Counted from the first letter of the stretch, positions 34,862 through 48,452 are shown. The stretch is DNA of 64,000 nt from Zygnema circumcarinatum SAG 698-1b (GCA_037447605.1 CM074816.1:2570525-2634524); one strand, 5' to 3'. A program made the numbers and translations. The notes: a model not told the origin generated them from the letters alone.

Positions 34862-37800
34862 TCACCCCTCCCTCGGAACCAGCCTGATCCCCCTCTGCCA
34901 ATCCGAACACTTCTGCGCCAACGGTTGAATGTCCCCCACGTTCTGCTCCAGGCCGTCGCAGGGGCAGGCCTGGCGGAGGGGCGGCGCGTGGTAGCAGGGC
35001 TCCGAGGAGGCCGACAGGTAGCAGGGGTCCCCCTTGAAGGCGCCCCCTCCCTCCTCCTCCGCGTGGGAGAGGGAGAGGCCGTTGAGGAAGAAGGGCCGCT
35101 TGGCGGCGAGGCCGGCGATGATGTACCCGAAGGTGGACCCGGGGGAGGTGACCAGGGAGTCGCTGAAGGAGAGGAGCCACATCTCCAAAAGGACTTCCTC
35201 GTTGTGCTGGAGGTGCTCGGACTGCTGCTCGGTCTGAGGGAGGGGAGGGGAGGGAGAGGGGGGGAGGGGGGGAGGGGGGAGGGAAGGGGGGGAGGGAGGG
35301 GGGGAGGGGGGGAGGGAAGGGGGGGAGGGAGGGGGAGGGGGGGGAAGGGGGAGGGAGGGGGGGGAGGGAGAGGGGGGGAGGGGGTGGGGAGGGGGAGGGG
35401 GGAGGGAGGGGGGGAGGGGGGGAGGGGGGGAGGGAGGGGGGGTGGGGAGGGGAGGGGGGGAGGGAGAGGGGGGAAGGGTGGGGTGGGAAAGGGGGAAGGG
35501 AGGGAGAGAGGGAAGGGGGGGAGGGGAGGTGGGGAGGGAACGGGGGGAGGGAGGGTGGGGTGGGGAGGGGGGGAGGGAGGGAGGGGTGGGGAGGGGGGAA
35601 GGGAGGGAGGGAGGGAAGGGGAGGGTGGGGAAGGGGGGCGGGGGGGGGGAAGGGGGAGGGGCGGGGGAGGGAGGGGGAAGGGGAAGGTGGATGGAGGATG
35701 GGAAGGGAGGGACGGAAACATGAGGCGCGCAGGGGAGGGAGAGAACGAGGACGGGGTGAGAGGAGTGGGGGAGGAGAGCAGGGAGATATGGAGGGGGTAG
35801 GGAGGAGGGGAGGTAGAGAAAAGAGTGGTTGAGGAGAAAGATAGGGAAGTAGGAGGGGGAGGGAGAGAGGGACAAGACGAAGAGGGAAGGGGACGAGGGA
35901 GAAGGAGAGGCAGAAGCTGAGTGATTCCACATAAGGTAAGGCAGAAGGTAGCACCAAACTTGCCCCTTCTAAACGAGAACTACGAAAGGCAAGGCATATG
36001 AAAAAAAAAACCCTTCAAACACGAACTTTTTTAAATTTGACAACTGAAAGAAGATCAACTTAACTCTATGTTTTTTAAAGGGGTTCAAATCGCTTACCGC
36101 TCGGCCCGCCCTTTGGACAATCACTTGCTGTCTATGTTGCCGATTGGAGGAAGAATAAGCTTCCGTCAGTTTTTCATAAAACTGTCGATGGAGAGAGGCC
36201 ACCATGCATACAATCCTCCGAGGTTCCATGTCTCCATTTGGAACTGAATCTCCCAAATCCGTTGGAGATGGAACCAAATTGTACTTTTGCACACACTCAA
36301 GCAGCCGATTGCTCTTCTCTTGCTGCCAAGGATGCTCGAAAGTTCGCACCTGCAATCCTATTTTTCGATACACATCATATTTAAGCTCATTCTCGTAATA
36401 ATTGACGATATTTCGCCATAGTCTGTCACTGGGGTTCATCAAATACCGTGCAACATGCGCAAAAACCACATTGTCTGGAAAAAGTTCTTCAAGTTTTGTC
36501 CTCAGTTCTGTGTAGTATAAGCCCGGAACATAGTACATGTTGGAATGGATTACAAGTAAGGGAGTTTCCCGCAACATTCGAAATTCCGTAGGACAAAAAG
36601 CCCGCATGTCTGGTTCATGCGTAATGTAAGCCACAATCGAGTACGGAATCTCCATGTTAAAATCCGCCGAAATTTCCGCACTTCTTCTTTTCTTTTCCGC
36701 CGTTCGATTGCTTAAATCGTTCAGCGAAGTTGCTTGTGAGAGAATCAGATCCGTCCGAACATTCCTTCCTACTAAAATTGACGAAGTTTCCAGAGGCTCA
36801 CAAAAGAGAGACTCCCATTTCCACCTCCGATCTGTCACGAAGACTCGTTTTGTTGCGAGAGCGAATAGAAATGTGGAAACAAAGGAGATGATTCTGTTTC
36901 CCATTCCGTCATAGGGAGTCATCCAAAGAAGATATTTGCAGGGGAGGGCGCCGCCGTTCAATAGAGCTTCCTGCAAGTCGGGCTCCTTGGAACGGCACTC
37001 TCTGTGGAAAATTTCGTACTCGTCCAACGCATTTTGAAACTGAACGGAACGCTTGTCAGCTTGTGTCCAGTACTCGTGCTGAGCCAGCCTGCTCTCGCAG
37101 CTCGTGGTCCTTTCTGGCTGCTCTTGGTCGTCGTCTGTAGAAAGGGTAAGGAAAGAGAGGGAGAGTGAGGGGGAGAGAGAGAGAGAGAGAGAAATAGAGT
37201 GGAGGGAGATAGAGGGGGGGGAGAGAGAGAGAGGGGGAGAGAGAGATAGAGAGAGGAGGGGAGAGAGAGGAAGAGAGGGAGCGAGAGAGGGAGAGCAACG
37301 GCGGAAGTGCAACGGGAATGGAAGCGGACGAGGAGAGAGAAGGGGCAAGAGTGAGTGAGAGGTACAGGGAGGAAAGGAGGAAGACATGAGGGGGCGAGAA
37401 CGCAAGAAAGCCAGAAAGTGGGAGAGAACGAGGGAGAGGGAGAGAGAAAGGGAGAGAGAGAGACAGTGTCGGAGAGATGAAAAGGGGGAGTGAGAGAGAG
37501 AGAAGGGGGGTGGAGAGAGTGGGGGACAAGAACATGATCCATGCTTCAGAATGAAAATTAATCAAGTTTAACGGTTATCGATGAAGGAATAAACATAGAC
37601 TCCCCATAACTTCAAGACTCTGTTGGACTGAACGGAATTCAGTTTCTTAAAATATGGTTCCAAATTTAGAATTAAAAAAAATGAGGGATAGGGTTCAAGG
37701 ACTTACAGGACACAGTGGTTTAAGGCTTTTGTCAGGGCTTCTAAGCAAAAGAAACTTGAAAAAAAATTGCTTTTATTCTAACCTTTATTGAAATTCTATG

Positions 37801-38328
37801 TCTGGCTTCTCTTTAGATACTTTAGGGCATAAATTTTCTATTTTTTCCGGCGATTGAAAATTAATTCAAATGTACCATTTTGGCATAACCGAAGGTTCCA
37901 AAATTTGAAAAAAAATCTGAGCTAAAGCCCCACTCCAGATTTCCATTTACCATTTTAGTTTGGCGAAACTTGAGAGTTCTGGAATGCGGACAGTCAGAGA
38001 ATTACTGAAATTTTCAAACTATTTTTATTCCAATAAAATGTGAAAAAGTCAGAAAAATTTACAGACGATCTGATATCTAAAAAACATTTCAACAAGAAGA
38101 AGATTTCAATTTGCTTCAGCGTCGACCAATGAGCTATGAGATCTCACACTCCCATTTTTCCGTCCGTACAAAAGAGATAAAAAAGAAGGAGAGCTGAGAA
38201 GGCCGAGATGTACCTGCGCTCGCAGAGAAGCAGAGCGCCGCCATGGCCGCCACCACCATCAAGGTGCGCCTTCCGTACACCCTCGCCGCCATGGCGCCCT
38301 CCCTCGAGCTAGCCGCCATGGCTGCCAT
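34862..38328 (-). CDS. GT37 alpha-1,2-fucosyltransferase (xyloglucan/AGP FUT family), 3 exons, 507 aa
   Basis: join(38328..38214, 37134..36098, 35233..34862) with canonical splice sites and consistent phases. N-terminal TM anchor, then CKYLLW..DGMGNRIISFVSTFLFAL, HSNMYYVPGL, IGLQVR, EMWLLSFSDSLVTSPGSTFGY and SEPCYHAPP motifs of XG_FTase. Confidence 0.93.
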
Positions 38329-38406
38329 GGCAAACGGGAATGTAAGAAATTTGAATCAAGTTTTAAAAGAGTCAAAATAAAATTTCAGAACAGGGAATTC
38401 TATCTG

Positions 38407-38480
38407 GCTGGTGTAGCTCAGTTGGCTAGAGCGTAAGGCTGTTAACCTTAAGGTCCGTGGTTCGAGCCCACGTATCAGCG
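38407..38480 (+). tRNA. trnN-GUU: tRNA-Asn (GUU)
   Basis: Complete cloverleaf: acceptor GCTGGTG/TATCAGC, D arm GCTC/GAGC, anticodon stem TAAGG/CCTTA with loop CT-GTT-AA, T arm CGTGG-TTCGAGC-CCACG. Followed by a TTTT Pol III terminator. Confidence 0.97.
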
Positions 38481-38562
38481 CTTTTGAGCACCTTTTTGCA
38501 CCTGAACCGGTCTCCGTTGTAAAGCGCTCCGCCGTGCAAGCGGAAGCCAATCACTGCTATTA

Positions 38563-38719
38563 GGGGGTGTCAGACTTAAAAAATTTCAGTACGCGTGTTC
38601 GTAAGTTTGACATCAGAACGAGTACTCCAGTATAATCGCGATCCTCCTGCGGCGGAGTACTTTCGTAACCTTTTTTTTCGTAACGCTTTTCGTAAGATTT
38701 TGTTAAGTCTGACACCCCC
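38563..38719. mobile_element. 157 bp MITE with 17 bp TIRs and TA target-site duplication
   Basis: TA-GGGGGTGTCAGACTTAA ... TTAAGTCTGACACCCCC-TA. Confidence 0.85.
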
Positions 38720-39922
38720 TATTGCCGACAATCTTCATGTTGTGACGTGGCAGCCTGTGATTGGTCCATCTGACAGCTGGTCTGACCTGGACCAATGACT
38801 GGCTAAAACAGCTGTGAATGTAACACTAAGATCAATGTATCCGCTATGTATCTTACAAAATTTCTAGCCAATCAGATCTCCCCACTCTAGATTTGAGGCT
38901 GACGTGGCATGCTGGGGTGTGGACTCGACCAAAAGAAAATCAAAATGAGAAGTTAATTAAAACAGTGTACCTCCCGGATCCACTTGGCTGAGGGCTTTTG
39001 GTCAAAGCGCCACTTGGTGTGTGACCAGCCAAGTTTGACCGGTCTCCGTTTGAAGGTACAGTGTCGTCGCGTTATAGTGACAATGTTTATAATGTCAAAA
39101 TGGATATACCGACGTTTTTTCCGGGAACGGAATTGCACCACTGCAGATCCTGCGCCAGTAGTGACGCCATTACGGATATAATGACATTTTGAAAAGCCCT
39201 AATTGTTACTATATATTCAAATTCTCGATATTATCCATCCACGTATCGGAATATACGTAACAAATATATTCCGACCGTACACATTATCGACAAATAGCGT
39301 CAGATGTCGACTTGACCGTACATATGCTCACTAGGTTTGTACACACCTACCTACAGTACAGTACTGTACAGTACCGCAGTACAGTACGTGACGACTGCCC
39401 AAAAAGTACAATGTACGGTATAAAAGGTGTACAAATATACGGCAAAAACATCTGTAATACCATTGTCACTATAAATGTGAAGTGACAAACGGGTCATCAT
39501 GGATATAGTGACACAAATATGTGGGGACTAGGGATGGCCCGCGTTATAAATTCCGAATAAATTATATATTTTACAACGGGTTTAAAAGTAGTAATATATT
39601 ACAAAGTAAAACACTTTATTACATATATTATAACCACTCGTTTTGAACAATTAACGTACGGTCGTACGGTCGTACCATACCAAAATTAGGTCGTTTTGGC
39701 GTTGGCGTTGTAGCACAAGATAAGTGGGGTTAAGGGGAGACTGTTGAGCTAGTTGCAAGTGCTGTACGGCCACTCGCGCGTCCGTGCTGAAACTGATGAA
39801 GGGTTGGGTTGGTGCTGTGGGTCTGCCTGCAGCATAGAGCCAGGATCCGGGGGATTCAGAGGTACGCGCAGCGGAAGATGTAGGGATCCTGAAGATGTTC
39901 CCACCGGCGGCTNNNNNNNNNN

Positions 39923-42900
39923 CCTTGATGAACCGGCGATAGAATGAGGTGAGTCCCAAGAAAAATTTGAGCTGAGTGAGGTTCTGTGGAACTGGCATGA
40001 GGTCAATGGCCTCAATTTTGTCGAGTGATGGCTTCAGTCCATTGATGCCAAGACGATGTCCTAGGTGAGTGATCTCTTGATGGCCCCACTTGCATTTCTT
40101 GGGGGCAATCTTCAAACGCGCACTGATGAGCTGTTGCAGTACTTGGTCAATGTGTTGCAGGTGGGAGGACCAATCCTTGCTGTGGAGGGAAGCATCATCC
40201 ACATACGGTTGAAGGCGGCCAGGACCCCGAACCTGGTTGGCGAACTGGCGGTGAGTTGTTTGCGGAGTTCTTGAGCCCAAAGAGGCTTGTCCTTGCAGGC
40301 GTGCGTGGCTTGCGTCTGGCTCTTCGGCAATGAGCTGTACGCCAAAGGGATGCGCGAGGAAGGACTTACGCATATCTATTGATGAGAACCACCGGTCATC
40401 AGGGGAGACGCCGTGGAGGATAAGGTCCACATCCGGCAATGTATAGGGATCCCACTTCGTCACTGCGTTCAGTTTCCGATAGTCTCCACAGAAGCGAAGT
40501 GTGCCATCCGGCTTTGGTGGCAAAACGGCCGGGCTGGCCCAAGGTCCTTCTCCGGGTTCCATCAATCCGGCAGCCACATTCTCATCGATCTGTCTTTCGA
40601 CATCGGCCTGTTGAGCAGCGGAAAAGCGATAAGGGGTCATGGTCATCACTGGGGGGGATCTCCCGTATCGATGTGATGCTCAATCAGGTGGGTCTTTCCG
40701 ATGTCGAGTGCATGGCGGGCAAAAACTATAGGTGATTCTTGGCCGCGGCACTTATGCATAATTCGCGAGGAGTACTTGATTAGATGCGAGAATGCTGGCG
40801 GGGCCCAATGCGCGCCTCCCTCTATCTTCACGGCCACTCTTCATCGCGATGATACCATTGGGGGAAAGTTAGATGCGACTATCACCGGCAAAGTTGGCTA
40901 AAATTCAGCGCCTGAGAGGCGGACCAGCCCGAGGAAGCGAGGAGGAGTCTCGTCCTGTCGAGAATTGGCAAATCCATAGGAAGAATGGGGACTGCCGACC
41001 ACATGGTACATGTTGATCTCTGGGTAGGAGACCTGCGCCGTGGCGTGTCGTTTGGGGAAGGCGGAGGTGGCAAGGGACTCGAGGATGATGGGGAAGGAGC
41101 AATCTGTCCCGCCAGCAGATAAGTGCAGCTGACACGTAGAAAAGTCGATTTGTGCCCCCATTGCAATGAGTCAATCTGAGCCAAGCAGGATAGAATAATG
41201 CTCAGCGGCTGTGATGACCGCATTCACCGTGGCTCCCATCTCTCCAAGGCTGATGATTACCTGGGCACTGCCCAAACCTTCATGTAGACTCCCCTCAACC
41301 CCCACATATGCGGGGATGGGTTGGCGTCTTGTCAGAAGCAACACAGCCTTCATCAGCGGTTTTACGGGCGGAATGCGCATAGCTCTGTGGCAGGTCCATG
41401 GCCTTCTTTGGGATAGCCGTTGACCATACATTGGCGATGATTACGCCGCGTTGGGTGTTGGGATGGGGAGGGAGGACATGAATTGGTGATGAGAATTTGT
41501 GAGGGAGGCGGAGTGCGGAAGAGGCGCCCGTGTGGCTCATGTGGTGTATATGCGCGGCGAGATGTCAGGAGAGATAATGCCATAGGAACGTGAGAGGCAG
41601 CGAGGAGTGGCCTGTATTTGTCGACAACTTACGAGCGGCGACTCTGCGGCACGGAACGGTACGCATCAAGCTGTGACAAGGTAATTCCGATCTTAGCCTT
41701 GCTTGTCCCCATGAAATTTGATGAACCATCAGATTCAATGAGGGGATAGGCCATTTAATGGGGAGGTGGCGGCGATCGGTACGCTGAAGGGGTAGAAACG
41801 AAATTTTGCGGCGATGGGGAGGTTCCGCGTGCATTTCTTCGTCCGCGGTACATTTCATCGGCTCGGCGTACCCGTATCGGCTCCTCCTCGGTGAATGGGT
41901 TTCCTCACCGAGGCATGGATCCCAAGGGATGACCCGTGGAAGGAGGGAGGATGGGAGTTCTCCTGACAGGGGGGGCGACCGGTGGAGCCGTGTCAGAGGA
42001 GCTGGCGCCGTTGACATTGTCAGGGAGGAAGGGCAGGGGATGTGAATGAGGATCGCTTTGGTTGACAGGGAGCCTGCGCAAGGCCATTGCAATCTCGGCG
42101 ATCCGGGCTTGAGCACCCTCTTCAGAATTGATGGGTGACTCGGACCAAGCCGGTTGCAATGTTGTGGCAATCTGGGGCGTCTTGAGGCGAGACGCTTGGT
42201 CGAATTTCGACCCTATCACGTTCGTCAAGGAAGGGGACTCCATGGGGATGCGGAATGGATGGCCGGGCGTTGCGGGATACGTGGTATAAGAGGGTAGCGA
42301 AGGAGGTGGGCGAGGCGAAAGGGGCATGAGTTCACCGATGGTATGTGTGTGGCGGGGAGCATGTCCATGAAAGTGATCATCTCGCGGTGAAATGCAGCAG
42401 AACGCTTCTTTCCCCTTTGGGCTTTCTCACTTTGGGAGGGAATCTCGCGCATGCATACAGGCATCATGTCCGTGATGATCTGGCGAGAAGGTGCGAGGAG
42501 TCCATGGTCCTGGCCCGGCAACAGGTTATGATTAGATTACCCTTGAGGCTAGACAACGCCCTACGGAACCCTGCCTCCGTCATCCGGCGAAGCGCAAATC
42601 GGCCACGGCAGCCCCTCTCTCTCGCCGGGTGTCTGTCGGGATAAGGACCCGATAACACAGACGACAAACGCCGGGTATGTGAGGATTCACGAAGGCTCAA
42701 TGGGATCGCGGGGATCATGAGGGTATGGAAGGGGAAGGGCTTGAGTAGATGCTGGCTATAGCGAGGCTGCACCGCGAGCGCTTTCGGGCGTCTGGCGAGG
42801 GATGCGGGAGAAAAGGCGGCTTGTTCTGGAAGGCGCCAGCGTAAAAGGATCATACGGCCTAGCGACTGCGGGTCTTGAGAATTCTTTGATGCGGTCGATC

Positions 42901-43224
42901 TGGCGTGAATCGCCCAACGCATTATTCATGTAGTGTGATGCGTACATGATTTGCCTCTCTCTTGATCTTTTTGAATTCGCTCTGCCCTTTCTAACAAAGC
43001 CTGGGCATCTGCTGGTGGGTTGTCGCGCAGCTCACGATCCAGGTGAAGATCTTTCTTGCTGATGGCCTTGCGGAACCACTGGAGAACCTCTGGAAAGTCA
43101 GGTAAGTTCTCGATTGTATTTGCCATGCGCACAAAACGCTCAGTGAATTCAAACAACCGCTCATCACTATAGCACTCTATGTAGCGAAGTCGGTCTAGCA
43201 CAGTGATTGGATCTGAAATCCAGC
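39923..43224 (-). mobile_element. Degenerate Ty3/gypsy element (outer element, 3' part): gag C-half, protease region, RT
   Basis: Gag ...WISDPITVLDRLRYIECYSDERLFEFTERFVR at 43224-42926. RT motifs PWASPAVL..K.DGTLRFCGDYRKLN, YVDD and FLGLTSFYRRFI at 40649-39923, with frameshifts. Confidence 0.8.
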
Positions 43225-43728
43225 TGTAACAAGCCTTGAGCACAACACCCAAAGCCTGCTAGAGACTAAGTCACTTAAATGTAATGCTGGTTTCTGGAAC
43301 GATTGCAAGTGCCCCTTCCCAAGGACCCCCTTACTGCATTCCATCACGCCTTATAAAACCCCGATGAACCCACTTTTACCAGCGTAAAGGGACGGGAGCA
43401 GGGCAGCCAATGGCGCTATGCCCGCGTATTATCGGCTGGTCGATGCGGTTGTATGAAAGGGAAGGCGATCCGCGGAGTGCGGCATTTCCCATGCGTGACG
43501 TGACGCGTCACTTCCGCGCCAGCAGCCCGGCGATGCGTGGTCGCGTTCCGATCTCGAACGCGACGCGCGACGCCACAGAATCGCCGTCAGTCCGTACCGT
43601 CCGTACGGGTGGTACGGATCCGTACGGCTATACCGTACACATGTACGGATGGCCCGTACGGATGAACCGTACGGAGATCCTCAGGATGCCGGCGGCACCG
43701 TGGTGTCTGTAGCGTTCAGTTCGCTACA
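43225..43728 (-). repeat. 3' LTR (504 bp)
   Basis: TG...CA ends, PPT immediately upstream, near-identical to 61306-61507. Confidence 0.85.
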
Positions 43729-43777
43729 TTACTCCCCAATCTCGCGAAGTGTGAGCGTCACCGTTCCGCGAGGTAAA

Positions 43778-45721
43778 TCAAGTCAAAGCGGCTTCGCGGT
43801 TTTCGGGCGGCACTTGGCGTCCGAAGAACTCTCTGCGTGACATCTGGGGAGGCTCAGCGATAATCCGGTCAAGTCCCGTCGAGGGATTCTTGAAGACTGC
43901 CCGAGAACCCCGGATTATTTCGCCCAGCTCGGCTCGCGCCTCCCAATACAAATCAAGGAGCTCCTGGCAATTGGTCAAGTTGCCTTCTTTCTCCCAAGTA
44001 CTATGTTCAACCCCATAGCCCAACCACTTCACGAGATACTCGTGATGGGATCTACGACCCTTTTGCACTGTTCGGTGGGTTTGAATGGCTTCAACCTCAT
44101 ACTCAAGGTCGCCTTCAATCTCCACTGGTGTGGGAGGTGGTTGGATCTTCCCGTCGTGTCGGTAAGCCTTTAGCAAACTCACATGAAATACCGGATGCAC
44201 TTTCATATGGGCTGGTAAATCCAACCTGTAAGACACTTCTCCAATGCGCTTCACGACTTTAAAAGGCCCCACATAACGTGGCCACAGCTTACGGGTGCCG
44301 CCATAAGCTTTGAGTTTAAGATGAGCGGTACGCAACAAAACTTCATCGCCCTCACTAAAGGTAAGTGGAGTCGCTTGCGTCAACATCGACTTACGTAGGG
44401 GTTAGCGCTTGCGAGAATTACGGCGCCGGCAGGACTCGGTACATCAATGGGACAAAAATGCTTGGCCGAGGAGGTTGAGTCCCACCACGGCTCGTACACC
44501 AAGGATGGGGATTTGATTGGACACCCATGTGCCACTTTCGGAAGGGGATTGATCCTTGTTTAGCGAGGGGATTTAGAGGATGCTGACCAAAATTCAAAAG
44601 AATGGAGTAGTACCCGATAGATTCTGAAGTGCGCGTATTAATGTATTGACCACGGGAGCAATGATCCCACACATCCGGTGTAGGTCCCAATGCGAAGATA
44701 ATCTTCGAGTTAGGTTCACCGCTCCGTCGGCGTCGGTTCTTGAGATTGGAAGGTTGCGTACTCATAGCTGCTTGCTTGGTACCCACGATTGAACACTTCT
44801 TTCGAGAAATATCGGTGAATCACGGGATCTCGTCCGAAACAATCTCGATTGAAGCATACAGACTCCACACTTTATTAACATATATCAAGTGCCATCTCGC
44901 CATTTAGGTATCTTAGTAGTTGGTGCAAAATGCACCATCTTGCTGAGCCTATCGACGAACACTAAGATGGAGTCAAAACCCCGTGGTGTGACAGGAAGAT
45001 CAGTGATCAAATCCATGCCAACACTCTCCCATTTCCGAAAAGGAGGTGTCAAGGGTTGCAGCTGGCCAGGAATCCTGCCAGTGCGTGCCTTATCACGTTG
45101 ACAAGTGGGACAGGCGAGTACATACGCCTTCACATCCCTCGTGAGCCCCGGCCACCAGAACTCACGGAGCAGTGCCTCACGAGTCTTGGCAATTCCCATA
45201 TGACCTCTGTACGGCGGATCATGCAACTCACTCAGAATGAGTTGCCGTACAACCCCGGTCTTGGGCACGACCAATTGCGTCCCGTGATACCAAAACCCAT
45301 CTGTTGAGAGCACCACTTTGTCCTTATAGCCACTACCCTGGCCATCCAAGAACAAGGGATCACCAGTATAGCCCTCTTGAATCATCCGTCTGAGATCAGA
45401 GAGAGCAGGAGGGTCGACTGTCCTACTGGTGCGGTGGTTTATGGCTAGGCATACCGGAAAGGGAAAATCAGGGTTGGCCGGCCCTTCATCTCGACCGCTT
45501 CGTTCCTCCATCACCCGAGTCGACGAATGCACCATCCAGGCTAGATGTCGCAACTGCCTGCTCAATGGGTCCGCCACATTCAACCTCCCTGGTCGATAGA
45601 CCCACTGACAGTCAAATCGTTGAAGGAACTCGGACCAGCGTGCCTGCCGCCTAGTCAATGTCTGTTGAGAGGAGAAAAATGTCAACGGCCGATGATCCGT
45701 GACAAGCGTAATTGTTGGTGC
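43778..45721 (-). CDS. Chromovirus pol 3' part: RNase H end, integrase (HHCC zinc finger, core, GPY/F) and chromodomain
   Basis: TDHRPL..RQARW, ELHD..YRGHMG..CPTCQ, WESVGMDLIT, RYVGPFKVV..HPVFHVSLLK, YEVEAI..YLVKWLGYGVEHSTWE. Disrupted near 44885. Confidence 0.92.
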
Positions 45722-46726
45722 AAGGGGCAGCAAGAAAGGAAAGACACAAGGAAAGGGCAACACATGCCCTGGGTATCAGAGCTCAAAACTTTTCTTTTTC
45801 TTCTCCTTGGGCCACATACCGCTTCCGCCACGATATGCCTTCTCGTCCACCTCTTGCCAGGTGCGCACAGCGGAAACTAAACACCCCACCTCAACAAGTG
45901 CACTTCTTCATCTCCTCCATGGTCTCGGCTCCTCAACTCCACGCTCCTCCAATGATCTCCTCGTGTGGAGCAACACACCGCCCATACAATGGTCGCCTCC
46001 ACTCACCCACCACGCCAATCCAACACGAGGACTCACATGACGAATGATACAGTAGTAAGGACAAAGCCCACGGCCCTAAAAATCCTTAAACTTCATGAGT
46101 GTAATACAAGCTCTTGAGGAAATCTACATAGATCCCTTATGCTAGATTCTCCTCCTCTCATGAGCACTATCCTATCCTCTCATAGATAGCCTACACCCCA
46201 ACTGCAGTAGCCAAGCACTACTCGCCTCCATGAACTCCTCCTCTACCTCAACACATGAGGGACACACCATCTAACTTCTTCACTAAAGCTTAGCATGATG
46301 AGAGCTAGTTCCTTCACGACCTTCATACACAAGGCCGGACTCCTCTAGGCCTCAGCCTCTGCCTACTCTTCCTTTACAACAACGGTCGAGCAGCATAACG
46401 TTCAGAGAGAGTGAGTGAGTGAGAGAGCCAAGCTTGCTCCCTCTTAAACTATGGCGGCCGGCGTGACGTGACACCCGATGTCACGTCACAGGCGCACTAG
46501 CAAGCGCANNNNNNNNNNGTACGATCTAAGCCTAAGCCGTAATTCCACGACCCTAGACCTTCCCTAGACCTGCCGTACCATGCCCTAACGATACGGGCAC
46601 CCCCCATGTTCGGTCCTACACCAAACATGACCGTTCATACATGACATTGTCCCTATACCACCACATTGATGTCCCGGACAACATCCATACTAGGAACTAA
46701 GTACCAACACCTTGATGTACCTATAC

Positions 46727-48450
46727 ATCAACAGTAACCGCTTTCGTCCCCTCTAAATAACACCGCCATGTCCTCAAGGCGTGGATTACTGCTAAGAGCT
46801 CTTGCTCAGTTGCAGAATAGTTACGTTCGGCTGGGTTCATCTTACGACTTTCGTACGCAAGAGATCGCCCATCCTGAAATAGGACGGCTCCCAAAGCAAA
46901 TCCGGACGCATCACAAACCACCTCATATGGTTTGGTAGGGTCTGCCAACACCAATGTAGGTGCGGTGACTAAGGCATGTATGACACCCTCGAAGGCCCTC
47001 TGGCATTCAGGCGTCCAAATGTAAGTGACACAGGCACGTGTCAAATCTGTTAAGGGAGTAACAAGTTTGCTAAACCCTTGAATAAATTTACGAAAATAAT
47101 TCGCAAATCCGAGGAAAGACCGCAACTGATGTAAATCAGCCGGTACTTCCCATGTCTCAACCGCAACCACCTTAGCAGGGTCCGGTCGAATGCCCTGATC
47201 ATTCAGGATATGCCCAAGGTAAAGCAGCTCACGCTGCATGAAGTGACACTTCTTCCACTTGGCATAAAAATGATGCTTCCTCAGTACTTCAAACACCCTT
47301 CTCACGTGTTGAAGATGGTCCTCAACTGTCTTACTAAAGACGAGGATATCATCGAGGTACACCAAAACAAAGTCATCCATGCCAATGAACATTTCGTTCA
47401 TGACGGCCTGGAAAGTTGCTGGAGCATTAGTCAATCCAAAAGGTAAAACTTTATACTGGAAGTGACCAATAGGCGTACGAAACGCCGTCTTAGGTACATC
47501 AGCATCCGTCACACGAATCTGATGATAACCTTGTGCAAGATCGAGTGATGTGAATACTCGAGCACCTTGCAATCTATCCAGTAAGTCATCAATACGCGGT
47601 AACGCATACCGATTCTTGACAGTTATCTTGTTAAGTGCCCGATAGTCAATGAACATTCGCAAAGAACCATCTTTCTACCCCACAAAGAGGATTGGAGCAC
47701 CGAAAGGACTCTGGCTGGGTTCAATCCAACCTTTTTCTCTCAAGTTTGAGAGTTGCTTACGCATCTCTTCGGTCTCCTTGGGACTTAACCGATAAATCGG
47801 TCGCCAAGGCGGCTTATGTCCAGGTTCCAAGGGAATTGTATGTCCGACACCTCGTGACGGAGGCAATCCCCGAGGTAAGTCATCAGGAAAAATATCCCTA
47901 AATTCATCCAACAACGGTTGGATCTGAGATGGAACAGGTGACAACACATCCGTAGGTGTGACATGCCACTCTTGTTCCTCATCATGAACATCTTCCGTGG
48001 TATCCATGACTTGTACCAAAAACAAGGTACATCCTGCCTTAACAGCTTTAGCCAACTGCATGGCTGGGCACAGAAAAGGTGCAGACTGCTCAACAGCATC
48101 TGAAGTCGTAATGCTTGGGCGCAGAGTTATCCGTCGTGCGCCACAACGCAAAACACAAGTGGGTATGGAAAAATCCATCTGAGCCTTGACCATGGTTAAC
48201 CACTGACTTCCAAGAATAACATCTAGGCCAGGCGCCAGATTAGTGACAAAACACCGAATCTGCCCTGAGTAAGTCTGAATCTTCAGACGTGTGGTTATGG
48301 TTCCAAGGATTTGACCCTGTCTACCATCACCAAAAGTCACGACTTCGGTGAGAGGGGAGACAGACAAGTCAACAAGCTTAACAAGTACAACACTAATGAA
48401 ATTAGAATCAACACCTGAATCAAGTAAAACTACTACAGATCTGCCGCCAA
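46727..48450 (-). CDS. Chromovirus protease-RT-RNase H fragment (different copy)
   Basis: VVLLDSG (aspartic protease), PSQSPFGAPILFV, RMFIDYRALN, YLDDILVFS, CDASG..YSATEQELLA. Truncated at 46727 by an inserted TG-starting sequence. Confidence 0.92.
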
Positions 48451-48452
48451 TG

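Noticed and set aside
42926-43252. Stand-alone 108 aa gene starting MGVVLKACYS
   Set aside because: Its first codons come from the inserted LTR; the rest is the C-half of the interrupted gag.
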